Notes under the pieces: generated by a model
What the model saw: only the letters and a program-made list of their open reading frames with translations
Databases searched by the model: none
Told to the model about the DNA's origin: nothing
In this document: positions 47,044 to 57,894 of the stretch, one piece after another
Layout: each line of letters starts with the position of its first letter
Numbering within the stretch: position 1 is the first letter of the stretch
DNA from: Chthonomonadaceae bacterium
GTDB taxonomy: Bacteria; Armatimonadota; Chthonomonadetes; Chthonomonadales; Chthonomonadaceae
DNA: 59,185 nucleotides
NCBI GenBank assembly: GCA_035650735.1
Contig: DASRGZ010000038.1
Location: 1-59,185, forward strand
Direction of reading: 5' to 3'
Made by a program: the position numbers and the translations under genes

Positions 47044-48012
47044 AGAGGGCTTTGTGCCCTGATTACTGCCGGCAAACCAGTCGATCGTGCGCGCCAGCCC
47101 CTCGCACAAAGGAACGCAGGGGCGATACCCTAGCGCGCGTATCTTCTCGATGGAAACCTCCCAGCGCTGCGCATCCCCTACCCAACTCTTGCCGGTATAG
47201 GCGATCTCAGTTTTACCGGTCAGGCCAAGCGCGGCGATCAGGCTGTGCGCCAGTTCGGTCACCGAGCAGTTGGCGCCGGAGGAGAGGTTATAGGCTTGTC
47301 CATCCTCTCCATGCGCCGCCAGGACGAGCAGACCCTCCACCGTGTCAGAAACGTAGGTAAAATCACGCACCTGCTTGCCGGTGCCCAGCACTTCCAGGCG
47401 CGTTGGGTCGCTGCGCAGCTTGCGCAGGAAGTCCAGCACGACAAAGCGGGCCATGCGCGGGCCGTAGGTATTGAAGAGGCGCGCGATGACGACCGGTACG
47501 CCGTAGACAGCGTGGAACATCCGCGCCTGCACCTCGGCACTCAGCTTGCTCGCGCCGTAGGGCGAGATGGGGCGCAGCGGATCGTCCTCCCGGATCGGAA
47601 ACCCGCCCGGCTCGCCATAGACCGCGCCGGAGGAGGCCAGGATGACCTTCTCACAGCCGCCTGCCAGGCGCAGCGCGTTAAGGATATGGAAGGTGCCGGC
47701 GCAGTTGGACTCGAAGTCGTAGGCTGGACTTTCGACCGAGCCGGGCACGGAGGCGTTGGCCGCCAGGTGGAAGACGAAGCGCGGGCGCGTCTGCTCGATG
47801 ACTTTCGCCACCGCCGCCGCATCGCGCACGTCGGCCTCGACCGTACGCACCCATTCCCGTACTTTGCATAGATTGTGCCAATTGCCGGCCTGTAGATTGT
47901 CCAGGACGGTCACGCGCGCCCCGAGCGCCACCAGCCGTTCTGCCAGGTGGGAGCCGATGAAGCCGCCGCCTCCCGTGACCAGCGTCGGCGCCTGTTCAAA
48001 GTGAGAGTGCAT
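47032..48012 (-). CDS. NAD-dependent epimerase/dehydratase
   Basis: TGGGGFIGSH, SSGAVYG, YGASK, RLFNTYGP, QVRDFTY. Confidence 0.92.
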   Translation of the reverse strand: MHSHFEQAPTLVTGGGGFIGSHLAERLVALGARVTVLDNLQAGNWHNLCKVREWVRTVEADVRDAAAVAKVIEQTRPRFVFHLAANASVPGSVESPAYDFESNCAGTFHILNALRLAGGCEKVILASSGAVYGEPGGFPIREDDPLRPISPYGASKLSAEVQARMFHAVYGVPVVIARLFNTYGPRMARFVVLDFLRKLRSDPTRLEVLGTGKQVRDFTYVSDTVEGLLVLAAHGEDGQAYNLSSGANCSVTELAHSLIAALGLTGKTEIAYTGKSWVGDAQRWEVSIEKIRALGYRPCVPLCEGLARTIDWFAGSNQGTKPSARP

Positions 48013-49258
48013 GTTCGTTTTCTGCTCCTGTGCTGCCAACCTCCCGACAGAGGCGCCGATAGAGGGCGAGCAGCGCGCCGGTCACTGCCGGAACCGAGTA
48101 GCTGCGTGCCACGAGGGCTTTTCCGCGCTCTCCCAGGCACCGGCGCAATTCGGAGTCACGCAACAGGCGCAACAGCGCCGCCGCGATCTCTTCCGGCTGC
48201 TGGCCGACCGCCAGGCCCGCGCCGTTTCCCTCCACCAGTTCCGGCAACCCCTCCGCCCGCCCGCCGACCACCGGCTTGCCCAGGCTCCAGGCTTCCAGAT
48301 AGACCGTCGGCAGAATCTCGCTGAGCGAGGGCATACAGAAGACGTCGCAGGCGGCCAGCGCATCGGCTTTCTCCTGGAGGCTCACCCTCCCCAGACTGAG
48401 CACGCGCGGGTCGGCGTCGGCAAACCAGCTCTCCGTCCCGCGCTCCGCCGGACCGATGAAGACAAAGTGGGCCTCCGGCATCTGATGCCAGACCAAAGGC
48501 GCGGCAGCCAGCACCGCCCTGGCCCCTTTCTGCGCCATCATGCGCCCGACGTAGAGCACGAGCGGCTTGCCTTCCAGGCCGTGACGCCGCCGGAAGCCTT
48601 CGGGATCGCAGGATGGCGGCAGTTCCGGGGAGACGCCGATAACCTGGATCTTCTCTGCCGGAACGCCAAGCGAGCACAGATATCGCTTATCCGTCTCCAC
48701 CAGGGCGATGACCGCCTGCGCGCGCTGATAGTACTCCACGTCCTCCGGGCCGTCGCCCCACTGATGCGGATGGACAAACGGCGTGCAGACGAACGGGATT
48801 CCGCGCGCCTGCGCCGCCGCCTGCGCCGTCCAGCCCAGGTAATCGCCCGCCAGCGAGTGGGCTACATCCACGCCCTGCATCAGCCGCTCCAGGCGCGGCT
48901 GAAACACGGGCCGGTACCACCGATAACCGAAGCGGTTCAGTTCGTGATAAGCGAGCCGCTGGAGGCGCGGGATCGCCCGCGCAGAAATCGGCAGCATCCG
49001 CAGCCTATCGAGTAGGCTCGGCGTCAGCGCATGAACCGGCACATCACCGTCCTGATAGCTTTGGTAGGCCGGGGCAAGCAGGCTCGTGTGCAGCATGGCC
49101 AGCCGCTTGGGAAGGCGGCACGGCGCGAAGTTCACGGCGGCGATGTGGACCTGATGCGCCTTGCTTAGCTCCCGCGCCACCTGCCGCGCGTGCGTCTCCA
49201 CGCCGCCCACGAAGGGATAGTAGTTTTGCGCGACGATGAGAATACGCATGTCCTTCAA
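47996..49258 (-). CDS. Glycosyltransferase family 4
   Basis: YYPFVGGVE, YVGRMMAQKG, PSLSE, YLEAWSLGKPVV. Confidence 0.92.
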   Translation of the reverse strand: MKDMRILIVAQNYYPFVGGVETHARQVARELSKAHQVHIAAVNFAPCRLPKRLAMLHTSLLAPAYQSYQDGDVPVHALTPSLLDRLRMLPISARAIPRLQRLAYHELNRFGYRWYRPVFQPRLERLMQGVDVAHSLAGDYLGWTAQAAAQARGIPFVCTPFVHPHQWGDGPEDVEYYQRAQAVIALVETDKRYLCSLGVPAEKIQVIGVSPELPPSCDPEGFRRRHGLEGKPLVLYVGRMMAQKGARAVLAAAPLVWHQMPEAHFVFIGPAERGTESWFADADPRVLSLGRVSLQEKADALAACDVFCMPSLSEILPTVYLEAWSLGKPVVGGRAEGLPELVEGNGAGLAVGQQPEEIAAALLRLLRDSELRRCLGERGKALVARSYSVPAVTGALLALYRRLCREVGSTGAENEHALSL

Positions 49259-49282
49259 TCTGCGGGCACGTTCCGTGCCCGA

Positions 49283-50278
49283 CTATCGCGCCGCCGGTAT
49301 CCGGCGCAGAAGGCGCTTCACCCGTTTGCCGTAGCGGACGCGCAGGCGCAGGACAGGCTCGCGGAGAAAGAGGCGCAGCAGCGCCGGGTCGCGCCGAATC
49401 AGGCGCAGCGCTCGCCCCAGGAACGCCCACCGATCCCGCGCGGTCTGACACGCGCGCATATCGTACCAGAGGTTGCCAAACTGTCCCTCGCGCAGCGTTC
49501 GCCGGCCCTGCGCTGCCGCCTCCCGGCAGAGCGGACAGTTGCCGTGGAGCCGCTGGTTCTTGCGCAGCACGTCCAGCCCCGTCAGCCACATGCGCTCGTA
49601 GTTTTTAGACATAGAGCCTGGATACTGCCGATAGCACCCCACCGCCCCTGGTACGGAGACGAACTTACCGCCCGCCAGGGCGATCCGTATCCACAGGTCC
49701 CAGTCCTCGTTCGAGCGCAGCGTCGGGTCGAAGAGGCCCGCGTTCGCCAGGATGGAGCGGCGGAAGATCAGGCAGTGGCAGGCGAAATAGTTGCCCTTCA
49801 AGAGATGGTGAAAGGCATCGTCCGGCAGAGACCGCGTGCGCCGCCAGCTCATCTCGTTGCGGTTGGAGTCCACATACTGGCAGTCGCCATGATAGACCGC
49901 CGCGCCAGGATGCTCCTGCGCGGCGTTCACCAGCCGCGCGATCATGTCCGGCCAGAGGTAGTCGTCCGCGTCCAGGTAGATCAGGAACTCGCCGGTCGCG
50001 TGCAGGATACCCGTATTGACCGCCGCCGGCAGGCCGAAGTTCTCCTTGCGAACGTAGCGCACCCGATCCCCATAGCGCGCCGCAACCTCGTGCGTATTGT
50101 CCGGCGAGCCGTCGTCTACGACGATGATCTCGACGTGCCGATAGGTCTGCGCTAGCAGGCTGTCAATCGCCTGGTCAAGGTAGCGTGCCTGGTTGTAGCA
50201 CGGGATGACGACACTGACCACGGGGCCGTTATCTCTATCACTGGCTAGCTGGCTCAAGGTCTTCCTCTGGAAGCGCAT
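49283..50278 (-). CDS. Glycosyltransferase family 2
   Basis: VSVVIPCYN, VDDGSPD, YLDADD, EDWDLWIR. Confidence 0.93.
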   Translation of the reverse strand: MRFQRKTLSQLASDRDNGPVVSVVIPCYNQARYLDQAIDSLLAQTYRHVEIIVVDDGSPDNTHEVAARYGDRVRYVRKENFGLPAAVNTGILHATGEFLIYLDADDYLWPDMIARLVNAAQEHPGAAVYHGDCQYVDSNRNEMSWRRTRSLPDDAFHHLLKGNYFACHCLIFRRSILANAGLFDPTLRSNEDWDLWIRIALAGGKFVSVPGAVGCYRQYPGSMSKNYERMWLTGLDVLRKNQRLHGNCPLCREAAAQGRRTLREGQFGNLWYDMRACQTARDRWAFLGRALRLIRRDPALLRLFLREPVLRLRVRYGKRVKRLLRRIPAAR

Positions 50279-50342
50279 TCGTGCTTCTATGCCGCATGGG
50301 TGCTAATCCCTGTAATCTCCCTGGTTTACCTATGGAGAGCCT

Positions 50343-51383
50343 TCACTGATGAAACCAATTGCGAATGTGTCTGGCAAACGTGTCCCCGTCCCAGTCGCGG
50401 GGCCAGACGCGCGGCAGCAGGTATGGGTCGCAGGGTCGACGCACGGCCTCCGCGCAGGTGGTGCAGGCGCAGCGAAATCCGGCCTCCCGCACGGCGGCGA
50501 TGGTTTCCGGCCCGTAATCCCCCTGTGGATAGGCGAAGCTGACGACCGGACAGCCCAAAATCTCTTCGAGGCGGGCCTTGCCTTGCTGTATCTCGTCCCG
50601 CTGCGCCTGCGCCAGCAGCGCCGGCAGCGCCGGATGCGTCACCGTATGCCCGCCGATCTCCACCAGGCCCCCATCGGCCAGCCGGATTAACTCCGCAGGC
50701 GTCAGCGCACGGTGGGTTTCGCGGCCCGTCGCATCCACGCCCGCCCAATCGCGCACTTGCTGTAAAATCTCCTGCTGCGCCGCGTCCGGCAGGGCGCGCA
50801 GCAGCGCGTGCAGATCCCGCATAAGCCGCGGACGTGGGCCGGGCGTCTCCTCTGTCGCAAACATCCGCCAGCGACGATAGCCGTGCCAGTCCTCCGCACC
50901 GAAGTCGGCGCTGGCGCCTAAGTCCCACTGATAGCGGCGCCCGCGCGCCTTCAAACAGAGCGTCGGCGGCAGGGAACCGGGATGGAGCAGGAGCCGCTCC
51001 AGCTCGTCCCACCAGAACTCACGCCGCGTGCCCAGGTTGCCGGTCGCCACGAACACCGTCGCGGGGATGGCGTAGCGCTCCAGTAGCGGCTTCGCGTTGT
51101 GCAGATTATCCGCATAGCCGTCGTCGAGCGTGACGGCCACGGCCCGGCGCGGCACCCTCCCCTGCTGCACAGCTTGAAGCAGATCCTGGAGCGGAAGCGG
51201 GCAGCACTCCTTCCGCAAAACCTCCAGGTGCTCGGCAAAATGGGACGGCGTGACCGCCTGCTCGTAAGGGTCGCAGGGCAGGTCGGTGACGCGATGGTAG
51301 CGCAGGATCAGCGTCCCCGGCGCCAGCCGGTTACGCAGCCACAAGGCGCTGCGGCGCACCCGTCCCAGACCGCGCACTCTCAC
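50343..51383 (-). CDS. Polysaccharide deacetylase family protein
   Basis: LRYHRV, VTLDDGYADN, ATVFV, IGGHTVTHP, FAYPQG. Confidence 0.92.
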   Translation of the reverse strand: MRVRGLGRVRRSALWLRNRLAPGTLILRYHRVTDLPCDPYEQAVTPSHFAEHLEVLRKECCPLPLQDLLQAVQQGRVPRRAVAVTLDDGYADNLHNAKPLLERYAIPATVFVATGNLGTRREFWWDELERLLLHPGSLPPTLCLKARGRRYQWDLGASADFGAEDWHGYRRWRMFATEETPGPRPRLMRDLHALLRALPDAAQQEILQQVRDWAGVDATGRETHRALTPAELIRLADGGLVEIGGHTVTHPALPALLAQAQRDEIQQGKARLEEILGCPVVSFAYPQGDYGPETIAAVREAGFRCACTTCAEAVRRPCDPYLLPRVWPRDWDGDTFARHIRNWFHQ

Positions 51384-51387
51384 CGGA

Positions 51388-52128
51388 TCACCTCGGCTTT
51401 ACCGCGCGGACGGAGATGAGAATCTGGTAGTCGGGGTCGTGATAGTTCAGTTCCTCCTTCCTAAACTCGTCCGCGCCCAGGTTGTGGAAGAAGCCCATCG
51501 CCGTCAGCACGTTGCCATAGCACTCGACGGTAACGTTCTCTTTACCGAAGACCTCCTCGAACAGCCGCTGCGCCGAGCGGGTGGTAAAGCGCCAGTAATC
51601 GCCCCACAGGTCAATATCCGGGCGGCAGATCCGGCAGATTCCGGGCACGGTGCAGAGCAGGACGCCGCCGGGCTTGAGGGCGCAATAGGCATTGGCGATC
51701 GCCTCCCGCACGTCGTAGATGCACAGCAACACCTGCGTCACGATCATGCAATCGAAGGCGTTCTGCGGCACGCCCACGCCCGTCTCCAGGTTGCCCACAA
51801 AGGTGGCGTCCGGGTTGCCCGCGACCACATGCAGTACCTCGGACCGTGTGACCTGATCGCCGCCGAACATGCGCGTATAGCGGGAGTCGGCCACCTCCAT
51901 GACAACGCCGCGAATGTCGGCGCGGTACTTGTCCAGGAACGCCTCGATATAGTAGCGGTCTACCGGATTGCCCCGCTCATGCCAGTCCCGCGCTACCGGG
52001 GTCAGGCGGCGCATCCGTCCCCAGCGGATCACTTTGGGATGGGGCCGGTAGTGCCAGGCCCGCATACGCTCCCATAGGCCGGGCGGGACCGTGCGCTTGA
52101 TCCAGAGCTTTAACGTCCGGGCAACCAT
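51388..52128 (-). CDS. Class I SAM-dependent methyltransferase
   Basis: RGNPVDRYYIE, FDCMIVTQVL, LKPGGVLL, DYWRFT. Confidence 0.88.
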   Translation of the reverse strand: MVARTLKLWIKRTVPPGLWERMRAWHYRPHPKVIRWGRMRRLTPVARDWHERGNPVDRYYIEAFLDKYRADIRGVVMEVADSRYTRMFGGDQVTRSEVLHVVAGNPDATFVGNLETGVGVPQNAFDCMIVTQVLLCIYDVREAIANAYCALKPGGVLLCTVPGICRICRPDIDLWGDYWRFTTRSAQRLFEEVFGKENVTVECYGNVLTAMGFFHNLGADEFRKEELNYHDPDYQILISVRAVKPR

Positions 52129-52168
52129 ACAGAAGTCCTCCGTACCACACTATTGCCGATTACTTACC

Positions 52169-52189
52169 CGGCAGGCTGAACCCTGTCGC
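52169..52189. repeat. Degenerate REP family B hairpin
   Basis: CGGCAGGCTGAACCCTGTCGC. Confidence 0.6.
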
Positions 52190-52200
52190 TCAAGGATGGG

Positions 52201-53445
52201 TTACGGAACCCACTGCTTGAAGCGCTGATAAGCCGCCTGCCCGGCCTCGATCTGCCGCTCTGCCGCCGCCAGCAGGCGCGGGCGCACGGCCTCCGCCGTA
52301 CACCAGGCTTCCTCTATGGCGCGCGACAGCGTTGTGGGCAGGCGCGCGTCCTCCAGAGAGACAACCGCACAGCCAATGCCAAACATATCCGCCAGCCCCA
52401 GGAACTTATGCCGGTAGTGGGCGGAACGGGCCAGCGTCACCGCCGGAATGCCCTGCGCCAGCGCGAACACCGCCGCGTGGTAGCTGCCCGTGACCACGAT
52501 CCGACAGCGTCCGATCTGTGCGATCACCGCCTGCGGGGTCTGGAGCGCCGCGCCGCCGTCGGAGGCATCGTCCCAGCCGGCCAGCAGGCGTCGGATGGCC
52601 CCGGCATCCGAAGTCTGTTCGGAAGTCTCTATCGGCGCCGGAAGCAGGGGCGCGTCGAACCGACGAGCCGCCGCCTGCAGAACGGGCCGCACGGCCTCCG
52701 CCAGGGCTTCCTCCACGCCCGCATAGGAGGCGACCCGCAGGTTGATGCCGATGCCGTCTCCCAAACAGGGAGGGCGCATCGCATGGGCCAGCTCGATAGC
52801 ATCGTCGCCCGTGACGGCGATCCGATCCTCCGGCACGCCCAGCGAGCGCAGCAGCGGCAGCCCGGCCCGCCTCTCCCGCAGCGCGATCAGGTTTGCTCGG
52901 GGTAGCAGAGCGCCCAGACACGCCCGCAGCTTCGGGCTCTGGATCGGCTCCATGCCCTGCTCGATTAAGGCGGTCGGCTTGCCCTGCGCCTGGGCGATAT
53001 GCAGCGTATCCAGGGCAAATCGCGCCCCATACTCAAACACGTCGGTGATCCAGGCGCCGCCCCCCAGGATCACCAGGTCGGCAGCACAGACGGCCTCAAT
53101 ATAAGCGCGAATGCTCTCGGTATCCACGCCATGCCGCCGCTTGCGGACCAGGATCAGCGGCGCGACCTGCCGCAGATATCGCGTGCGCAGCCGATCCTCT
53201 ATTCCGGGAGCCAGCCGCCAGAAGCGCCCGAACAGGCAGCCCTCATGGAAGAACGCCAGATGCCCCTGATCCGACAGGCCCCGCGCCTGCGGAAAGAAGC
53301 GCGGCAATCGGTCGGGCCGGCTCAGGATAAGTTCCAGCCGCGCCTCCGGCCACAGCGCGCCCAGCCGCGCCAGGGCGACGTGGATCATGGCGATGTCGCC
53401 CACGTTGTAGAGGATCTCCGAGCTTACATCGATCAGGATACGCAC
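52201..53445 (-). CDS. Polysaccharide pyruvyl transferase family protein
   Basis: NVGDIAM, LGGG, QGMEP, ALRE, TGDDA, SYHAAVFA; GTG start at 53445. Confidence 0.85.
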   Translation of the reverse strand: MRILIDVSSEILYNVGDIAMIHVALARLGALWPEARLELILSRPDRLPRFFPQARGLSDQGHLAFFHEGCLFGRFWRLAPGIEDRLRTRYLRQVAPLILVRKRRHGVDTESIRAYIEAVCAADLVILGGGAWITDVFEYGARFALDTLHIAQAQGKPTALIEQGMEPIQSPKLRACLGALLPRANLIALRERRAGLPLLRSLGVPEDRIAVTGDDAIELAHAMRPPCLGDGIGINLRVASYAGVEEALAEAVRPVLQAAARRFDAPLLPAPIETSEQTSDAGAIRRLLAGWDDASDGGAALQTPQAVIAQIGRCRIVVTGSYHAAVFALAQGIPAVTLARSAHYRHKFLGLADMFGIGCAVVSLEDARLPTTLSRAIEEAWCTAEAVRPRLLAAAERQIEAGQAAYQRFKQWVP

Positions 53446-53449
53446 GGCC

Positions 53450-54694
53450 TCATTTCCTCGCCACAGCCAGAGTCCAGCGATGCGGCAGGCAGACGCTCCC
53501 CCAGCCCGAGTTGGGCCGCACGGCCCGCCCGCGCACCGGCCCCTGCTCCACATCGAACGTCAGGGCGCCTTCCACATGATCCTGGAGCTCAGAGGCGACC
53601 TCCACCGCAACGTTCACTCGGTAGCGGCCCGGCAGCAGCAGCAACTCCGGAATGTCACAGAGGAAGGTCGCTCCCAGAGTCGAGTCATATCTGTCTTCCG
53701 GACACAGAACCTTGCTGTCGAAATCCATCAGCGGCTGGCCGTGATGATCGTAGAGCGTAAAGGTGCAGGTCATTCCCGGCAGCACCTGGTTAAAATGGAA
53801 GACAAAGCGTGCTGGGCCGCCGCTAATCAGCGCAGCGGAGGGAGCCTCTTCGCCCGGCATGACCTCCACGCCGCACAGCCGCACCTGCCCCCGGCCTCGC
53901 CGGTCGGTGCGCTCCGTCAGGTTGGTTAGCGCCGCCAGTTCCAGGGAGTGCAGATAGGCCCCCACCGCCTCCGCCGCCGTGCCGTCCACGCAGACGGCAC
54001 CCCGCTGCAAACAGATCCCGCGCTGGCAAAGCTGCTGCACCACCGCCATGTTATGGCTGACGAACAAGACGGTCCGGCCGCTGCCCGCCACCTCCTGCAT
54101 CTTGCCCAGGCACTTCTTCTGGAATTCGGCATCCCCAACGGCCAACACCTCATCCACCACCAGGATTTCGGGGTTTAGGTGCGCCGCTACCGCAAAGGCC
54201 AGACGGACATACATTCCGCTGCTGTAGCGCTTTACCGGCGTCTCCAGAAATGTCTCCACTCCGGCAAAATCCACGATGGCATCGAACTGGCGGGCAATCT
54301 CCTCGCGCCGCATACCCAGGATAGCTCCGTTGAGGTAGATGTTCTCCCGCCCGGTCAGTTCCGGGTGGAATCCCGTGCCTACTTCCAGCAGGCTGCCGAT
54401 GCGCCCATACAGGCGTATCTCGCCGGCGGTCGGCTCGGTGATGCGGCTTAAGAGCTTCAAGAGCGTGCTCTTGCCCGCGCCGTTGCGCCCGATGATTCCC
54501 ACGGCCTCGCCCCGGCGGATGTCGAAGGAGAGGTCCCGGATGGCCCAGAAGGTCTCCCTCGGCCCACGCGCAAAAGGATTTCTCAGCCGCTGCATGATGG
54601 CTTCGCCCAGAGTGGTGGGTCGCTGGCTGTTGGCCGTGAGCGTATAGGCTTTGGAGAGCCCCCGCACCGACACAGCCACATCACTCAGAGACAT
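53450..54694 (-). CDS. wzt: Polysaccharide ABC exporter ATP-binding subunit with C-terminal Wzt_C domain
   Basis: [46 protein letters not shown]. Confidence 0.95.
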   Translation of the reverse strand: MSLSDVAVSVRGLSKAYTLTANSQRPTTLGEAIMQRLRNPFARGPRETFWAIRDLSFDIRRGEAVGIIGRNGAGKSTLLKLLSRITEPTAGEIRLYGRIGSLLEVGTGFHPELTGRENIYLNGAILGMRREEIARQFDAIVDFAGVETFLETPVKRYSSGMYVRLAFAVAAHLNPEILVVDEVLAVGDAEFQKKCLGKMQEVAGSGRTVLFVSHNMAVVQQLCQRGICLQRGAVCVDGTAAEAVGAYLHSLELAALTNLTERTDRRGRGQVRLCGVEVMPGEEAPSAALISGGPARFVFHFNQVLPGMTCTFTLYDHHGQPLMDFDSKVLCPEDRYDSTLGATFLCDIPELLLLPGRYRVNVAVEVASELQDHVEGALTFDVEQGPVRGRAVRPNSGWGSVCLPHRWTLAVARK

Positions 54695-54753
54695 TGGCTT
54701 CCTCCCTGCCCTGCGCGCCCGCCCTAGACGCTGCTTCCCGGTGACCTCTCTCC

Positions 54754-55728
54754 TTATGGCGAGCGTTCCGATGATCGGCCCGGCAAGGGAAAGCCGGGCA
54801 CAAAGGATGCGGCGTAGCGCCGCAGCGCGCCCAGGTAAAACCGGGCCGCACAGCCGGCCTCACCCCGGCGCAGGTGCCGGTTCCCGGCCCGCAAGCCGAT
54901 GTAAGGGGTCAATCGGCCTTCGTAAAACCGCCAGGCCGCTTCCACAACGGCCCGCTGCGGCGCTGTCAGGCCCTCCATACGCCGCCACTTCGCGTAGAGC
55001 TTCTGTTCCTGCCGGGCAAACTTGCCGGTGTCGGCTGTGGACTGTCCCGCGTGTCTCCGGTGCCGCACCAGCGGTTCCGGCACGTAGCGGACGCGGGCGC
55101 GCAGCGCCAGGTGCAGGAACAGGTCGGTATCCTCGTAGTGCTGTCCGAACGTCTCGTCCCAGCCCGGGGTCTGCGCGTAGACCGAGCGCCGCATGACCAC
55201 CAGCGAGGGCACGATCCCGGCTAGCGCGAAGATAGAAACAAAGGGCGTCTCGGCCCAATCCGGCGGCAGCGCCCGCACGCCAAGCTTACCGGGCGCGTAG
55301 CGCGGCCTGAATCCGACGGCGCTATCCGCAAGGGGTAGTAGGTTATCATCGGCGTCTATAAAGCGGTGCCCGCAGTGGACGAAGCCGACTTCGGGATGCG
55401 CCTCCAGTATGCCGACCATAACCTCCAGCATACGCGGCTCCAGGCAGTCGTCGGCGTCCAGGAACAACAGATAGGCGCTGTCCGGGGAACTGGCCTGATA
55501 GCCCCGGTTGCGCGCCCGGCAGACCCCGCCGTTGGGCTGGCGAATCAGGCGCAGGCGCGGCTCCTCCGCCAGCAGGGCCTCCACCTCTGCCGCCGACTCA
55601 TCCGCGCTGCCATCGTCCACGACGATATGCTCCCAATCGGCAAAGGTCTGCGCGCGCACGCTGGCGATGGTCCGTGCGACAAACCGTGCGCTGTTATAGC
55701 AGGGCGTGATGATGCTGACCGTAGGCAT
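54754..55728 (-). CDS. Glycosyltransferase family 2
   Basis: [26 protein letters not shown]. Confidence 0.92.
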   Translation of the reverse strand: MPTVSIITPCYNSARFVARTIASVRAQTFADWEHIVVDDGSADESAAEVEALLAEEPRLRLIRQPNGGVCRARNRGYQASSPDSAYLLFLDADDCLEPRMLEVMVGILEAHPEVGFVHCGHRFIDADDNLLPLADSAVGFRPRYAPGKLGVRALPPDWAETPFVSIFALAGIVPSLVVMRRSVYAQTPGWDETFGQHYEDTDLFLHLALRARVRYVPEPLVRHRRHAGQSTADTGKFARQEQKLYAKWRRMEGLTAPQRAVVEAAWRFYEGRLTPYIGLRAGNRHLRRGEAGCAARFYLGALRRYAASFVPGFPLPGRSSERSP

Positions 55729-55743
55729 GGTCGGCGCTTCCCC

Positions 55744-56829
55744 TCACAGGTTCGCCCAGGCGACATATTCCGCCGTCAGCGCCATTCCCGTCTCAAAATC
55801 GAAGGCCGGATGATAGCCCAGCAGGCGACGCGCCTTATCAATACGCACCCTCGCACGCGCCTTATAGAGCGCCAGCGCCTGCGCGTCCGGCAGGTGCAGC
55901 GGCATGGGCACGGACTGCTTGACCCTGGCAATCAGCGCCTCGCCCAGCGCCCGACGCAGCAGTTTATAGGCAGGCCGGATCGGCCCCCACTGGAGCAGGC
56001 GCCGCGGGTCATGCCGCAGCATCTCCACGCTGGGAGCGTTGGCCGCCTGCTGAAGCCGCTCGATCTCTGCGGAGGGCATGAGGACGACCCCCTCGATATG
56101 GAGCATCCGCTCGTAAGCGGCGTAGAACTCCCGCCACGTCACCGGCGCGGCCCCGGAGATCAGAAAGCGCTCGCCGACCGCTTCCTCGCGCTCCGCCGCC
56201 AGCAGCAGGGCCTCCACGACATCGTCAATATAGACCAGGTTGCATAGCCCGCCGCCGTCGTCGGGCAGCACAACGCGCCCGCTGCGCAGCTGCCCGACCC
56301 GGAAGAGAGTAAACGGAAAGGAGTACGGCCCGTAGACCAGCGTCGGCTGCACGATGACAACGGGCAGCCCCCGCTCCTGCCGGCAGCGCAGAAAGAGGTG
56401 CTCTACGGCAAGCTTGTTATCCTGGTAGGTCCAGCCGCACGGCTCGGCGGCGCTCGTCTCATCCACGTCGCCGTCGGGCAGCGGCTCATAGACCGCCATT
56501 GAGCTAACATAGACCAGCCGCCTCACCGCATGGCGCAGGCACGTCTCGGCCAGATGCCGCGCGCCGGCCAGGTTGGTCTCCGTGCAGTGCCAGTCGTGGG
56601 CGCAGTGGAACACGACATCGCAGCCGCGCACCGCCTGATCCAGCGCCTCTGGGTCGGCAACCTGCCCCGCCAGCATCTCAATCGGCAGTCGGGCCAGGCG
56701 CGGCGCGCGCGAAAAGTCCCGCACCAGCGCGGTCACGTTTGCCCCTTCGCATAGCGCCAGCCGCTCCGCCAGCCGCCCGCCGATAAAGCCGGTCGCACCG
56801 GTCACGAGCGCCTTTCTGCCGGTCAACAT
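55744..56829 (-). CDS. NAD-dependent epimerase/dehydratase
   Basis: TGATGFIG, YQDNK, VYGP, LVYIDDVV. Confidence 0.9.
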   Translation of the reverse strand: MLTGRKALVTGATGFIGGRLAERLALCEGANVTALVRDFSRAPRLARLPIEMLAGQVADPEALDQAVRGCDVVFHCAHDWHCTETNLAGARHLAETCLRHAVRRLVYVSSMAVYEPLPDGDVDETSAAEPCGWTYQDNKLAVEHLFLRCRQERGLPVVIVQPTLVYGPYSFPFTLFRVGQLRSGRVVLPDDGGGLCNLVYIDDVVEALLLAAEREEAVGERFLISGAAPVTWREFYAAYERMLHIEGVVLMPSAEIERLQQAANAPSVEMLRHDPRRLLQWGPIRPAYKLLRRALGEALIARVKQSVPMPLHLPDAQALALYKARARVRIDKARRLLGYHPAFDFETGMALTAEYVAWANL

Positions 56830-57869
56830 CCCCGCGCCTCCGCACTTCGGACAGGATCGGCTTGCCGCGCAAACCGCATCCAGGGCAGTTCGAGTTCCCG
56901 CCGCGCCGCGTAGCACCGCTCGATGAGCTCTACCGGGCGCATCCCTTCCCTCCCGGTTACTTCAGGCGCCCTGCCGGTCTGGAGGGCCTGGAGCCAATCG
57001 GCCAGTTCCGCCACAAAAAGCTGCTCGAACCGCTGCGGCGGCAGCCGATCGACCGCCCGCTTGCCCCACCGATGCTTCCGAACGTGGTCCGGCGCGGCGA
57101 GTACCGTATTGGTATGCAGATGGATCTCCAGCCGCCCGCGCGTGCCCTCCAGTATCAGCGTGTTGCGCAGGTCGCGCGTCCGGCTCAGCTCCACGACCCC
57201 CTGCGCGCCGCAAGTCAGCTTCAGGCGCAGCAGGCAGTCGGCCTCAACGCCGCCGTAACTATCGTCCCGGTACTCCACGCAGGTGACCTCCCCCAGCAGC
57301 CAGAGCAGGATGTCGAGCGTGTGGACGCCGATATCCATCAGCACGCCGCCGCCGGCCCGCTTGCGGTCGAAGAAGGCGGCAGAAGCCGCCGGCCAGTGAA
57401 ACACGGTCCCTTCGCGCACGTCAAACGCGCAAATTTCGCCCAGCAGGCCCGCCTCCAGGACGGATTTGGCCCAGCGATTTACGTGTAGGAAGCGGCGCAT
57501 CAGGCCGACGGCCAGCGTCGCTCCGTCCTGCTCCGCTGCGGCCAGCATACTCCGGCAGGCCGCAGAGGAAGTCGCCATCGGCTTTTCGACCAGCACGTGT
57601 ACGCCCTGCGCCAGTAATTCGGCACAGACGCTCGCATGGAGAGCGGGCGGCGTGGCGACGATAGCGGCGTCGAAACGGCCCCGATGGGAGCGCCAGTCGG
57701 CGGCGATCTGCGGGACGTGATACGGTTCCGCCAGTTGCCGCGCCCGCGCCAGGTTGGTATCCACCAGCAGCGCCGGCGTCATGCCCAGTTGCGTCAGCGC
57801 GGGCAGATGCGCCGTCTCCACAATGACGCCGCATCCGATAACGGCGATGCGCGGTTGCCTGCGGTTCAT
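56823..57869 (-). CDS. Gfo/Idh/MocA family oxidoreductase
   Basis: IAVIGCG, VATPPALH, HVLVEKPMA, GGGVLMDIGVH. Confidence 0.92.
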   Translation of the reverse strand: MNRRQPRIAVIGCGVIVETAHLPALTQLGMTPALLVDTNLARARQLAEPYHVPQIAADWRSHRGRFDAAIVATPPALHASVCAELLAQGVHVLVEKPMATSSAACRSMLAAAEQDGATLAVGLMRRFLHVNRWAKSVLEAGLLGEICAFDVREGTVFHWPAASAAFFDRKRAGGGVLMDIGVHTLDILLWLLGEVTCVEYRDDSYGGVEADCLLRLKLTCGAQGVVELSRTRDLRNTLILEGTRGRLEIHLHTNTVLAAPDHVRKHRWGKRAVDRLPPQRFEQLFVAELADWLQALQTGRAPEVTGREGMRPVELIERCYAARRELELPWMRFARQADPVRSAEARGC

Positions 57870-57894
57870 CTCCTCACGCCCCTGTGACAAGCCC

